NCBI GenBank assembly: GCA_965223265.1
Contig: OZ244999.1
Span: 1,504,001-1,568,000, forward strand
Length of the DNA: 64,000 nt
Reading direction: 5' to 3'
From: Planctomycetota bacterium
GTDB lineage: Bacteria > Planctomycetota > UBA8108 > SXIK01
The notes beneath the pieces are model-generated. The model saw nothing but the letters and a program-made list of their open reading frames with translations, was not told where the DNA came from and searched no databases. The number at the start of each line of letters is the position of its first letter. Positions within the stretch are counted from its first letter, which is position 1. Below, piece after piece: positions 10,017 through 19,654 of this stretch. A program made the translations under genes and the position numbers.

Positions 10017-11672
10017 ATGAAGACCAAGAAGTCAATGAGTGCAGAGGTGGCGCTGTTTTGCGTTGGGATTTGCCTCGTGGCGTGCAACCGCCACGAATCC
10101 AGCGTCCACAGTCACGGTGGTCATAGCCACGGCGCGGATGGTTCCGGCGGCCACGGCCACGATCATCCTGAGCCGCACACCGTCCAAGTGACGTTGTGGG
10201 AGGGCGGACTCGAAGCATTCGTCGAGTACAGATATCCCGTTGCCAACAAGAACGTGCGTTTCGTCACGCATCTCTCCGACCTGACGAGTGGTGAGCCGCG
10301 GCGCGAGGGGAAGATCGTTTTTTCACTCGATGGTCCGGGCGGCGGTCGTTTCGAGCATGTCGAAGAGCGGCCAGCCCGTGACGGAGTCTATCTCCCGACC
10401 CTGGTTTTTCCCGTTGCGGGCGTGTGGAAAGCGGCGCTCGTGGTCTCTAAGAAGGTCGGCGAATCGGTGCGTTTCGAATTGCCAGATGTGACGGTCTACG
10501 CCAGCGATGGCGCTGCCGAGAAGGCACCTGCGCCGCCGGAGCCGGATGGAATCTCCTTTCTCAAAGAGCAACAGTGGAAGCTCGCCATGCTGACCGACGT
10601 GGCGACGACGAGACAACTCAGTGCGCGGCGCAGTTTCCCCGCGTACGTCAGGGCAAAAGCGGGGCAGCGCGTGGCTGTGGCCTCACCGGTTGCCGGTCGG
10701 GTCGTGCCGCCCCCAGAAGGAGAATTTCCTCGCCGAGGACGTGTTGTCGGCGCGGGTGAAATCCTTGCGCTCGTCGAGCCGACGATTCCTAGCGCGGAGC
10801 TCTTGTCACTCGCTGTCAAGCTTGCCGAGGCTGAGGCCGAGGAGCTACGCGCAGCACAAGCACTCAAGCAGGCGCAGACCGTCGCCGCGCGCATCGAACG
10901 ACTTGAAAAGGTGGACGCGAAGTCTGCTCGTGAGCTCGAGCAGGCGCGGTTCGACGTCGACGCCGCGAGAACCGCCCTTGAAGCGGCCACCGCGATCAAG
11001 AAGAGCTACGAGAGTGCGCGTGCGTACACCGAGTCCTATCGGTCTGACCGGGGCAGCGGTAGCTCAGGTCTCGCGCCGATTGCCTTGACGGCACCGATTT
11101 CGGGCACGGTGATCCAGGTGGGTACGGCGCCCGGCGAGCGCGTCACCGGCGCTGAGTCGCTTTTCGTCGTTCTCGACGCGTCAACGGTTGCCATCGAAGC
11201 GAGGATCGCACAGCACGAGGCTTCAGGGCTCGCCAACCCTGCTGCCTATGTCGAGCTCGGGTCAGCGGCGACGGGCGACGTCCTGCGACGGCCCCTGACT
11301 CTCGTCTACTCCGGCCTCGAGGTTGAAGAACCGTCGCGTGCGGTGCCGTTCGTCTACGAGGTCGAGAATCGTGACGGACTGCTACGCGTTGGCATGTCAG
11401 TGAGCGTTTTCGTGGAGGTCGCCCCGCCGCGCGAGACGCTCGCGATACCCGAGTCAGCCCTCGTCGACGAAGACGGAAAGTACTGCGCTTTCGTGCAGCT
11501 CTCCGGCGAGAGGTTCGAGAAGCGGGACCTGACGCTTGGTGTGCGAGATGGTGCATTCGTCGAAGTTCTTGACGGGGTGGCACCAGGAGAGCGCGTCGCG
11601 ACAACCGATGCGTGGACGATTCGCTTAGCGTCGCTTGCGACCTCGATCCCAGCTCATGGGCATACGCACTAG
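10017..11672 (+). CDS. Heavy-metal RND efflux periplasmic adaptor (CzcB/CusB-like) lipoprotein
   Basis: LVAC lipobox, His-rich N-terminus, ISFLKEQQWK, SPVAGRV, coiled hairpin, APISGTV, LAIPESALVDE, C-terminal HGHTH. Confidence 0.93.
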   Translation: MKTKKSMSAEVALFCVGICLVACNRHESSVHSHGGHSHGADGSGGHGHDHPEPHTVQVTLWEGGLEAFVEYRYPVANKNVRFVTHLSDLTSGEPRREGKIVFSLDGPGGGRFEHVEERPARDGVYLPTLVFPVAGVWKAALVVSKKVGESVRFELPDVTVYASDGAAEKAPAPPEPDGISFLKEQQWKLAMLTDVATTRQLSARRSFPAYVRAKAGQRVAVASPVAGRVVPPPEGEFPRRGRVVGAGEILALVEPTIPSAELLSLAVKLAEAEAEELRAAQALKQAQTVAARIERLEKVDAKSARELEQARFDVDAARTALEAATAIKKSYESARAYTESYRSDRGSGSSGLAPIALTAPISGTVIQVGTAPGERVTGAESLFVVLDASTVAIEARIAQHEASGLANPAAYVELGSAATGDVLRRPLTLVYSGLEVEEPSRAVPFVYEVENRDGLLRVGMSVSVFVEVAPPRETLAIPESALVDEDGKYCAFVQLSGERFEKRDLTLGVRDGAFVEVLDGVAPGERVATTDAWTIRLASLATSIPAHGHTH

Positions 11673-11683
11673 AGGGAGACTCG

Positions 11684-14600
11684 ATGGTCGATTACCTGAT
11701 TCGTTGGTCTCTCCACAATCGAGCGCTCCTTCTCGTCTCCGCGCTCTTGGTGACCAGCTACGGTATCTACACCGCGCTGCGGCTTCCGGTCGATGTGTTC
11801 CCTGATCTTACAGCGCCGACAGTGACGATCGTCTGCGATGGTCATGGGATGGCGCCGACGGACATGGAGACGCAAGTGACGTTTCCGCTCGAAGCCGCTC
11901 TGAATGGCGCGGCGGGCGTTCGCCGCGTCCGTTCGTCAACCGCCGCTGGGATTGCAGTGATTTGGGTCGAGTTCGAGTGGGGCGAAGAGCAAGCGCAGGC
12001 GCGTCGGGTGGTCAACGAGAGGCTTTCGCTCGTGGTGCCAGACCTGCCGGAGGGCGTCACGACGATGCTCGCCCCCATCTCGTCGATCATGGGCGAGATT
12101 CTTTTTCTTGGACTCACATCGGACGTGCAGACTCCTCTCGATCTGAGAACCTATGCTGACACGTCGTTGCGACGGCGACTCCTGTCGATCCCCGGCGTGT
12201 CGCAGGTCGTCGTTATCGGCGGCGATGTGAAGCAGTACCAGATTCTGCTGCGACCGGAAGGGCTCACGAGTTACGGCGTAACCCTCGCCGACGTCGTCGC
12301 CGCGGTGAAGAAGGACAACGAGAACACGTCAGCGGGCTTCGTGAATACCGCCGGATCGGAGTACATCGTGTCGGGGCGTGGGAGGTTTTCTGATCTTCGA
12401 GACATCGGAGACGTCGTCGTTTCCACGCGGGATGAAGTCTCGGTGCTTGTACGCCACCTCGGCGACGTCGTGATTGGCCCCGCGCCCAAGCGTGGTGAAG
12501 GAAGCGTGCGCGGGCAGAAGGCGGTTGTGGTCTCCGTTCAGAAACAGCCTGGGGCGAACACGCTCGAGTTGACACGAGAGATCGACCGCGTGCTCGATCA
12601 GGTCGACGCGTCGCTTCCTGATGGCGTTTCTATCGAACGCGACCTTTTTCGTCAGGCAGGATTCATCTCGATTGCTGTGCGGAACGTACTCCACGCGCTA
12701 CGCGATGGAGGCATCTTGGTTGTGTTGATCATGTTTCTGTTCTTGGCGAGCGTCAGGGCAACGGTCATCACGCTCACTGCGATTCCGCTCTCCCTCGTCG
12801 CCGCAGTGCTGACGCTGAAGGCGTTCGGGGCGACGATCAATACGATGACGCTGGGCGGTATGGCGATCGCGATCGGTGCGCTTGTGGACGATGCCGTCAT
12901 CGATGTGGAAAACGTCATTCGGAGATTGAGAGAAAACCTGGCGCGCCCCGAAGCGGAGCGTCGCGGCAACCTTGGAGTCGTCTTCGAGGCCAGTAAGGAG
13001 ATCCGCAAATCGATCGCGTTCGCCACGCTCATCGTCATGCTCGTCTTCGTGCCTGTGTTTTTTCTTCCAGGTATCGAGGGGCGGCTTCTCAAACCACTTG
13101 GAACTGCGTACGTCGTTTCTCTCTTCGCGTCGCTCGTCGTAGCTCTGACCGTGACTCCGGCGCTTTGCCTGCTGCTGCTGCCGCGAAGCCGAGGCGTCCG
13201 CGCCCCGCATGAGCCACGGCTTGCACGCGGCGTCAAGCGACTGTACGAGTCGGGGCTCGTTTGGGTTTTGAGGCATCCTCTTGTCGTCACGACGCCGATC
13301 TTGGTCGCTTTTGGAACCTCTGTCGCGGCGCTCGTCTCCTTCGGTCGAGCGTTTCTCCCCGATTTCAACGAGGGCACGCTCACGATCAGCGCGGTGACGG
13401 TGCCCGGGATTAGTCTGCCCGAGTCCGACAAGCTCGGGCGCCTCGTCGAAGAAGCTCTTCTTGCGCACGAGGAGGTGACTTCGACGGCACGGCGAACTGG
13501 GCGTGCTGAGCTCGATGAACACGCCCAGGGTGTCAATTCCTCAGAGATCGACGTGTCACTCGATTTCAAAGAGCGTTCTCAGGGGGAGTTCCTTGCTGCC
13601 TTGCGTCGCGACCTGGCGCAGATTCCGGGGATGAACATCACGATCGGCCAGCCGATCTCGCATCGTATTGACCACATGCTCTCTGGAACCCGCGCCAATT
13701 TGGCGGTGAAGATTTTCGGCCCGGATCTCTACAAGCTTCGCCGGCTTGCAGAGCGAGTACGCATGGAAATGGAATCTGAGCGAGGTGTCGTTGACCTCTC
13801 GGTCGAGCAACAAAGTGACATTCCAGTTCTCTCCGTGCGCTACCGTCGTGACGCTCTCGCTCGCCACGGTGTCTCCGTCAGTGAAGTCTCTCACGCACTC
13901 GAAGCCGCGGTGCAAGGAGTTGAGGTCTCCAAGTTCCTGGAAGGGCGTGCGACTTTCGATGTCGTTGTCAAAATCGAAGCCGAACAGGAGTGGACAACGG
14001 ACCGCCTCGGGGTGCTACGCGTCGATGTGCCGTCGGGAGCGAGCGTTCCGTTGAGTGCTCTAGCGACCATCCACAAAGGCAAGGGGCCGAACGCTATTAG
14101 TCGCGAAGACGTCGAGCGCAAGATCGTCGTGCAAGCGAACGTTGCGGGGCGTGACATTACCTCGGTCGTCCACGCCATCAGGCAGCGCATCGATCCGCTG
14201 GTGAACGGCGAGCCTGGCTACCGCGTTGAATACGGCGGTCAATTCGAGAGCGCGGAGGAGGCGAGTCGTGTCCTCCTTGTGCTCGGGATCGTCGTTGTGA
14301 TTGGGATCGGTTTCTTGCTCCAGCTCGCGTTCGGTTCCGTGAAAGATGCTTTTTTCGTCATGGCGAACCTACCGCTCGCACTCATCGGTGCCGTGGGCGG
14401 TGTGTACATGAGTGGGGGGGTTCTCTCGGTCGCTTCGATCATCGGATTCATCACCGTCTTCGGCATCGCAACTCGTAACGGCATCATGCTCGTCTCCCAC
14501 ATACGGCACTTACAAGCCGAGGAGGGTGTCGACGACTTTCGAACTGCAGTCGTCCGCGGATCTGTGGAGCGACTGTTGCCCATTCTCATGACCGCGCTCG

Positions 14601-14788
14601 GCACCGCTTTGGCGCTGGTGCCGCTTGTCGTCGGCGGCGACAAGCCGGGAAACGAGATTCAGACGCCGATGGCGACGGTCATCCTCTATGGCCTCATCAG
14701 CGCCACCGCGCTGAACATGATCGTCGTTCCAGCGCTCTTTCTTCGATTCGGCACACAGACAGTGAATGAAGGGGATCCCTGTGAGTAG
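11684..14788 (+). CDS. CusA/CzcA family heavy-metal efflux RND permease
   Basis: LPVDVFPDL, INTMTLGGMAIAIGALVDDAVIDVEN (TM4), FLPDFNEG, GIATRNGIMLV, ERLLPILMTAL; 1034 aa from ATG 11684. Confidence 0.96.
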   Translation: MVDYLIRWSLHNRALLLVSALLVTSYGIYTALRLPVDVFPDLTAPTVTIVCDGHGMAPTDMETQVTFPLEAALNGAAGVRRVRSSTAAGIAVIWVEFEWGEEQAQARRVVNERLSLVVPDLPEGVTTMLAPISSIMGEILFLGLTSDVQTPLDLRTYADTSLRRRLLSIPGVSQVVVIGGDVKQYQILLRPEGLTSYGVTLADVVAAVKKDNENTSAGFVNTAGSEYIVSGRGRFSDLRDIGDVVVSTRDEVSVLVRHLGDVVIGPAPKRGEGSVRGQKAVVVSVQKQPGANTLELTREIDRVLDQVDASLPDGVSIERDLFRQAGFISIAVRNVLHALRDGGILVVLIMFLFLASVRATVITLTAIPLSLVAAVLTLKAFGATINTMTLGGMAIAIGALVDDAVIDVENVIRRLRENLARPEAERRGNLGVVFEASKEIRKSIAFATLIVMLVFVPVFFLPGIEGRLLKPLGTAYVVSLFASLVVALTVTPALCLLLLPRSRGVRAPHEPRLARGVKRLYESGLVWVLRHPLVVTTPILVAFGTSVAALVSFGRAFLPDFNEGTLTISAVTVPGISLPESDKLGRLVEEALLAHEEVTSTARRTGRAELDEHAQGVNSSEIDVSLDFKERSQGEFLAALRRDLAQIPGMNITIGQPISHRIDHMLSGTRANLAVKIFGPDLYKLRRLAERVRMEMESERGVVDLSVEQQSDIPVLSVRYRRDALARHGVSVSEVSHALEAAVQGVEVSKFLEGRATFDVVVKIEAEQEWTTDRLGVLRVDVPSGASVPLSALATIHKGKGPNAISREDVERKIVVQANVAGRDITSVVHAIRQRIDPLVNGEPGYRVEYGGQFESAEEASRVLLVLGIVVVIGIGFLLQLAFGSVKDAFFVMANLPLALIGAVGGVYMSGGVLSVASIIGFITVFGIATRNGIMLVSHIRHLQAEEGVDDFRTAVVRGSVERLLPILMTALGTALALVPLVVGGDKPGNEIQTPMATVILYGLISATALNMIVVPALFLRFGTQTVNEGDPCE

Positions 14789-16151
14789 ACAAGGTACTTC
14801 TTTGGCCGGGTTCCTGAGTGCAGCAATCTGTGGAGTGCTGGCAGGTTGCTCGCTTTCGTCGACCTTCCCACGAGGTGGCGACGAGCTTGCCCAAGAAACC
14901 ACCGCGCCGGTGCCGAGTGACCTGCTGCCGGAGGCGGGCGAGCAGTCAACCTCCATTGCGGAGGGCGCGACCGAGCCAGCAGGGGTTCCAGAGCCACTGT
15001 CGGTGGATGCCGCTGTTCGGTTCGCGCTCGCAAGCCACCCGGAGCTCGCGGTCTCGCGAGCACGGGTTGAAGCTGCTCTGGGACGAAAACTTCAATCGGG
15101 GGCGTTACCGAACCCAGCGCTTTCAGCTGCGATCGAGTCAGCGCCGTTTCATGGCAAGACGACTGGCGACGCGGAGTACCTGTTCGGTGTGACGCAACCG
15201 GTGCCCATCGGAGGGCGCTTGCGGCGCGCGGTCGAGGTCGAGTCGGCGCGTGAACAGCGGCTGTTGACGGAGCTCGAGGCGCAGAGGCGGGTGGTGGAGC
15301 GCAGGGTGCGTGGCGCTTTTGCAGCCGCGCTCTTTGCGCGAGCGACTCAGGTGATCGAGCGCGAGATGCTCGCAGGCGCCGAATCGGCGGCGCGGATCGC
15401 GGCGGCGAGGGTTGCTGCCGGCGATGCGACCGCAGCAGAACGGGCTCGCGCTGAGCTTGAAGGTGTCCGCGCTCGCATTTCGTTGCGTGCTGCAGAAGTG
15501 CAGCAGCGCCGAGCGCTCGTCGAGCTTCGTGGTGCGCTCGGGCTCGACGGGCGCGATCAGATCGAGCTTGTGGGCGATCTTGAATCAACACTGGCGCTTC
15601 CGGAGCTCAGTTCGGTCCTCGAGGCGCTGGAGACGAGCCCTATCTTGCGAGCCGAAGCTGCGGCGGTCGCCGAGTTGCAAGCGGCGATTTTGAGGGAGAA
15701 GGCGGAGCGCATACCGGACGTGGACGTGAGTTTCTTTTATCGACGTATCGAACAGACCGATGATGACGCGTTCGATGTCGGCGTGTCGGTTCCCGTGCCG
15801 CTGTTCGATCGCCGCGCGGGAGCGCTGAGACGCGCACACGCTGAGGTGTTAGAAGCCGAAGCGAGGCATCGGGCAGCGAGTAGGAGCCTTTCAGCATCCG
15901 TGCAGACGATCTATTGGAAATTGACACAAGCACTGGAAACCGTCCAGCTGTATCGCGACGAATTGACGCCGCAGTCGCAGACGGTACTAGAAGCCGCAAC
16001 CGCGCAATATGACGCCGGCGACATCTCGCTGGCAGAGTTGATTCCGATCCAGCGAGATCACCGTGAGCTCCGTCGTTCGTACATCGATCTCTTGCGCCAA
16101 ATCGCGCTCGACTGGGCCGAATTTCGTTCTCTCGTTCAGGCACCGCGGTGA
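14781..16151 (+). CDS. TolC-family outer-membrane factor (CzcC-like)
   Basis: LAGC lipobox, LPNPALS, QPVPIGG, VGVSVPVPLFDR, YDAGDISLAELI; overlaps the end of the permease. Confidence 0.92.
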   Translation: MSRQGTSLAGFLSAAICGVLAGCSLSSTFPRGGDELAQETTAPVPSDLLPEAGEQSTSIAEGATEPAGVPEPLSVDAAVRFALASHPELAVSRARVEAALGRKLQSGALPNPALSAAIESAPFHGKTTGDAEYLFGVTQPVPIGGRLRRAVEVESAREQRLLTELEAQRRVVERRVRGAFAAALFARATQVIEREMLAGAESAARIAAARVAAGDATAAERARAELEGVRARISLRAAEVQQRRALVELRGALGLDGRDQIELVGDLESTLALPELSSVLEALETSPILRAEAAAVAELQAAILREKAERIPDVDVSFFYRRIEQTDDDAFDVGVSVPVPLFDRRAGALRRAHAEVLEAEARHRAASRSLSASVQTIYWKLTQALETVQLYRDELTPQSQTVLEAATAQYDAGDISLAELIPIQRDHRELRRSYIDLLRQIALDWAEFRSLVQAPR

Positions 16152-16288
16152 TGGGCAGAGCCCCAGTGGCGGACAGTCGGTGGGGTGCGTCTGGTACGAC
16201 GTGATTGCCGAGCGATTCGCGACGTCAGTATCGTCCTCGCGTTGTCTTCCGGTCCTTGCGAGGGATTCCCGCGTCCATCGCTGTCTTT

Positions 16289-16357
16289 CTTCGTTACCTT
16301 CGTTTCCTTATGTTCAAGATTTCTGAGCATTGAACAGAGGAAACAAAGGAAACGAAG
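16289..16357. repeat. Inverted repeat built from about 9-nt subunits (CTTCGTTNC / GNAACGAAG)
   Basis: cttcgttaccttcgtttccttatgttcaa (16289-16317) versus ttgaacagaggaaacaaaggaaacgaag (16330-16357), between convergent genes. Confidence 0.75.
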
Positions 16358-16411
16358 ATGGCTCGCTGACGGTTGCGCGGCAGGGAAACACTCTTGGAAG
16401 CAGCCCGGTGA

Positions 16412-17440
16412 TCAGTTCGCGAACTGGAGTCCGTCGATGAGCTCCTCGGCGAGCGCACGGTCGATGGGCTTTTCGTTGATGACGCTGTACCAAAGCTTCC
16501 GTTCAGTGACGAACTCCTGGAGCGACATGAGTGCTTCGATCACTGGCTCTCGGGCCAGCTCCATGTCGACCGGCTGAAACGGCAACTCGAGGCGCTGCAT
16601 GAGCTGGATCACTTCGTCGGGATGATTGTTTTGCAGTCGACTCATGATTGCGACACCCATGCCGATGATGAAGCCGTGCACGAACGGGATGCCCAAAGCT
16701 TCTTCGAGAGCGTAAAAGAGAAAGTGCTCGGAGCCTTCTTCGACGCGGTAGTGATCACGAGGTAAGCAAATCGTATTGAGCTGCATGTACTCTTCGACGA
16801 TCGTGCGCAGCCCAGCGTCGCTGACGACTCGGATTTCGTCGGCTTGGGCTTCAATGCGCGTCAGAATTGCGCGCGCATCCTGCACGGCTTGTGCCGAGAA
16901 CTCATACTCGCTGACCCCGGACTTTTCTGCGATCTCCCAATCGAACGCTGCGGTATGGATGGAGAGGAGGTCGCCGACCCCCGCTATGTTGAGTGCCGGC
17001 GGGGCCGTGCGCAGAAGGTCGTAATCAATCACCAGCGGATCTGGGCTGGCAGTGCCGACGTACTCGACGCGACGATCGCGCCGCAGACCCGCAGCTGGGG
17101 TCACGAAGGCGTCAACGCTCAGGATCGTCGGCACGCTGACGAGGCGGCAGCCACGCTTCCAAGCGAAGTACTTGCCCAAATCGATGGCGCGACCACCCCC
17201 CACAGCGACTACGGTGTCGCAGTCGGGTGCCGATGCCACTTGGGCGTCGACGACGTCGAATTCCATCGAATCGGCTAGGAGAACCTCTGCCGGCGTACCA
17301 CCGATGCGTTCGCGCGCGAGATCCCACGGGACGTCCATCGTTGCGACGACGAAAGTGCCGACTTCGTTGCCGAGGCCGTCGACGCTCCCGGCGCCGAAAC
17401 GGCTGGAGAGGACGTTGGTCTGCCCTTCGATCTTTGCCAT
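16412..17440 (-). CDS. sn-glycerol-1-phosphate dehydrogenase-like protein (EgsA/AraM branch, Fe-ADH/DHQS superfamily)
   Basis: VGGGRAIDLGKY, VPTILSVDAF, AGVGDLLS..TA..DWEIA, GSEH, HG metal-ligand motifs. Confidence 0.8.
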   Translation of the reverse strand: MAKIEGQTNVLSSRFGAGSVDGLGNEVGTFVVATMDVPWDLARERIGGTPAEVLLADSMEFDVVDAQVASAPDCDTVVAVGGGRAIDLGKYFAWKRGCRLVSVPTILSVDAFVTPAAGLRRDRRVEYVGTASPDPLVIDYDLLRTAPPALNIAGVGDLLSIHTAAFDWEIAEKSGVSEYEFSAQAVQDARAILTRIEAQADEIRVVSDAGLRTIVEEYMQLNTICLPRDHYRVEEGSEHFLFYALEEALGIPFVHGFIIGMGVAIMSRLQNNHPDEVIQLMQRLELPFQPVDMELAREPVIEALMSLQEFVTERKLWYSVINEKPIDRALAEELIDGLQFAN

Positions 17441-17977
17441 ATCGCGATTCTCTTGCTTTCAGGACTCTTGTTTTCTCGCTTTCTACTTTCGACGCATCGC
17501 TGCTTCACCAACGCTGCGGCAGGTGGGTCAGTTTAGCGTCGATTCCGGCTGAGATTCCACTGCGCGATCTCGAGCGTGGTGCGAGAAGGCCGTCCCGACG
17601 ACTTGAAGCTGCCGAGAGCGAGGAGTTCGCCGTGGGGCAGGCTAGTTGCGTGCGGTGGGGGCAGGCTTGGGAGATGCGACACTCGGCTGCAGTGCCTCGA
17701 CGGCGGCTTGCCAGTGACTATTGCGTGTTTCGTCGGTCGAGCGGCGCGAGACTGAGGTGATCGCGCACGCTGTGAGTGACTGCGAGGACGTTCGAGGACC
17801 AGCGTCGTAGACTCACTTCACGGCCACTCCACGAGCGATGCGGTTTTCGAGTTCCGCGGCGCTCTCTCGCGACGATTCCTTCTTGCCTGGAACTTTGGTG
17901 TAGGTTCTTCTTGAACCTTGGCATTGGCTCGGTTGAGGTCTTGTCCGAGTCGTCAACCGTGCAGGAGGCCTGTCGCG

Positions 17978-19561
17978 ATGAGTAAGTCGTTTCTTCTTTC
18001 CGTCTGTCTGGCAGGTGTCCCTACAGCTGCCTTCGCGCAACATGATCGAGGCAGAAACGCCGTGCAGCAGCTTGCGGCAGGTGAGCTCGATTCTGCCGTC
18101 GAACTTGTGAATCAGGAGACGAGGCGACGGCGAAGTCCGATCACTCCGGCCGAACGCCACTTCGTCTTAGCGATGATTGCGTGCCGCCGTGGCGACGTCG
18201 CCACCGCGAGCCATGAGGCGCGACGTGCGGTCGAGCTGGGGCTTCCGGTCGAACGTCTGCAGGCTGGACCACGCGAAGTCTTCGCACCGCTCTTCAGTGA
18301 CGAGGACTTTCGTGCCTGGGTCGACGCGCGAGGCGAGCGATTGCTCCACGGTCCGCTGCTCGGTGCCGTGACCGATGTCTCCGCACGCTTTTGGGTCCGT
18401 ACTGCGGCGGAGGAGTCTGTAGAGATCGAAGTCGTGCCGTCGGCTTCGTCCGCGACGTCGCAGTCTCGCGTCACTGCCCGGGCGAGGACATCTCAGCACG
18501 CCGACTACACCGCAGTCGTCGAAGTCTCGGGATTGTTGCCGGCGGCGTCTTACCAGTACAGCGTCCTACTGGATGGAGAGAAGATGGGACCGCCTGCGCA
18601 GTTCCGAACCCATCCAAAGCGTGGTGCGCCAGCGCGCTTTAGCATCGGCTTCGGCGGCGGCGCTGGATTGACGCCAAAGTACGAGCGCATGTGGACGACA
18701 ATCTCTGGCTATGCCTTGCGAGCCTTCTTTCTGCTGGGCGACAACGTCTACATCGACGACCCCACCCACGAGGTGACGCAGCGTTACTGTTACTATCGCC
18801 GCCAGTCACGCCCGGAATGGCGACGCTTCGCGGCGGGCGTCAGCGTGCATTCCATTTACGACGATCACGACTTTGGTTTGAACGATTGTATCCCGGGAGC
18901 GGCAGTCGACGAGCCAGCGTGGAAGCGGCATGTCGTCGACGTTTTTAGGGAAAACTGGAACAACCCGGCCTATGGCGGCGGCACGGAAAAGCCTGGTTGC
19001 TGGCACGACTTCTACATCGGCGACGTGCATTTCATCTTGCTCGACGGGCGCTACTACCGAGACCTCGACGCCGGCTCCATGCTGGGGACCACGCAGAAAA
19101 CGTGGCTTTTCGACACCTTGGAACGATCAAAGGGAACCTTCAAGGTGTTGGCATCGCCGGTGCCGTGGTCGCCGGGAGTCAAGCCCAGGAGCAGAGATAC
19201 GTGGGATGGCTATGCGGATGAACGCGAGGAGATCTTCTCATTCATCGAGCGCCGCGAGATCGAGGGCGTCGTGCTCATGGCGGCGGATCGTCACCGTTCC
19301 GACTTGCGTCGGATCAGGCGGCCTCGAAGCTATGATCTCTACGAGGTGATGAGCTCGCGCCTCACGAACGTCCATACCCATGGTCTGGTGAAGAACGCGA
19401 GAGGGTCTGAGTTCATCATGGGCTACAACGAGAAATGTTCATTTGGACTCATGCAGTTCGATACGACGTTAGACGATCCACAGTTGGCGTACAGAATCGT
19501 CACGATCGAGGGCGAAGTGGTCGGGTCGCGCGTGTTGCAACTGAGTGCGCTATCGTTTTAG
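17978..19561 (+). CDS. Alkaline phosphatase D (PhoD) family protein with an N-terminal TPR-like helical segment
   Basis: GGAGG SD and ATG 17978, signal peptide, HGPLLGAVT, LLGDNVYID, YDDHDFG.ND, LDGRYYR, DTWDGY, ADRH. Confidence 0.9.
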   Translation: MSKSFLLSVCLAGVPTAAFAQHDRGRNAVQQLAAGELDSAVELVNQETRRRRSPITPAERHFVLAMIACRRGDVATASHEARRAVELGLPVERLQAGPREVFAPLFSDEDFRAWVDARGERLLHGPLLGAVTDVSARFWVRTAAEESVEIEVVPSASSATSQSRVTARARTSQHADYTAVVEVSGLLPAASYQYSVLLDGEKMGPPAQFRTHPKRGAPARFSIGFGGGAGLTPKYERMWTTISGYALRAFFLLGDNVYIDDPTHEVTQRYCYYRRQSRPEWRRFAAGVSVHSIYDDHDFGLNDCIPGAAVDEPAWKRHVVDVFRENWNNPAYGGGTEKPGCWHDFYIGDVHFILLDGRYYRDLDAGSMLGTTQKTWLFDTLERSKGTFKVLASPVPWSPGVKPRSRDTWDGYADEREEIFSFIERREIEGVVLMAADRHRSDLRRIRRPRSYDLYEVMSSRLTNVHTHGLVKNARGSEFIMGYNEKCSFGLMQFDTTLDDPQLAYRIVTIEGEVVGSRVLQLSALSF

Positions 19562-19654
19562 TGTCGACTGCTTCTGCAGCTTCCGCACCACTCTTCGTTC
19601 GACAGTCTCTTCGGGAGCGATCGAAATGACATCTCCGATGGAAGTCCTTCAACC

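Noticed and set aside
17443-17495. Pyrimidine-rich CTTTC/TCTTG periodic patch upstream of the dehydrogenase
   Set aside because: It resembles half of a periodic repeat but has no matching opposite arm; too degenerate to call.
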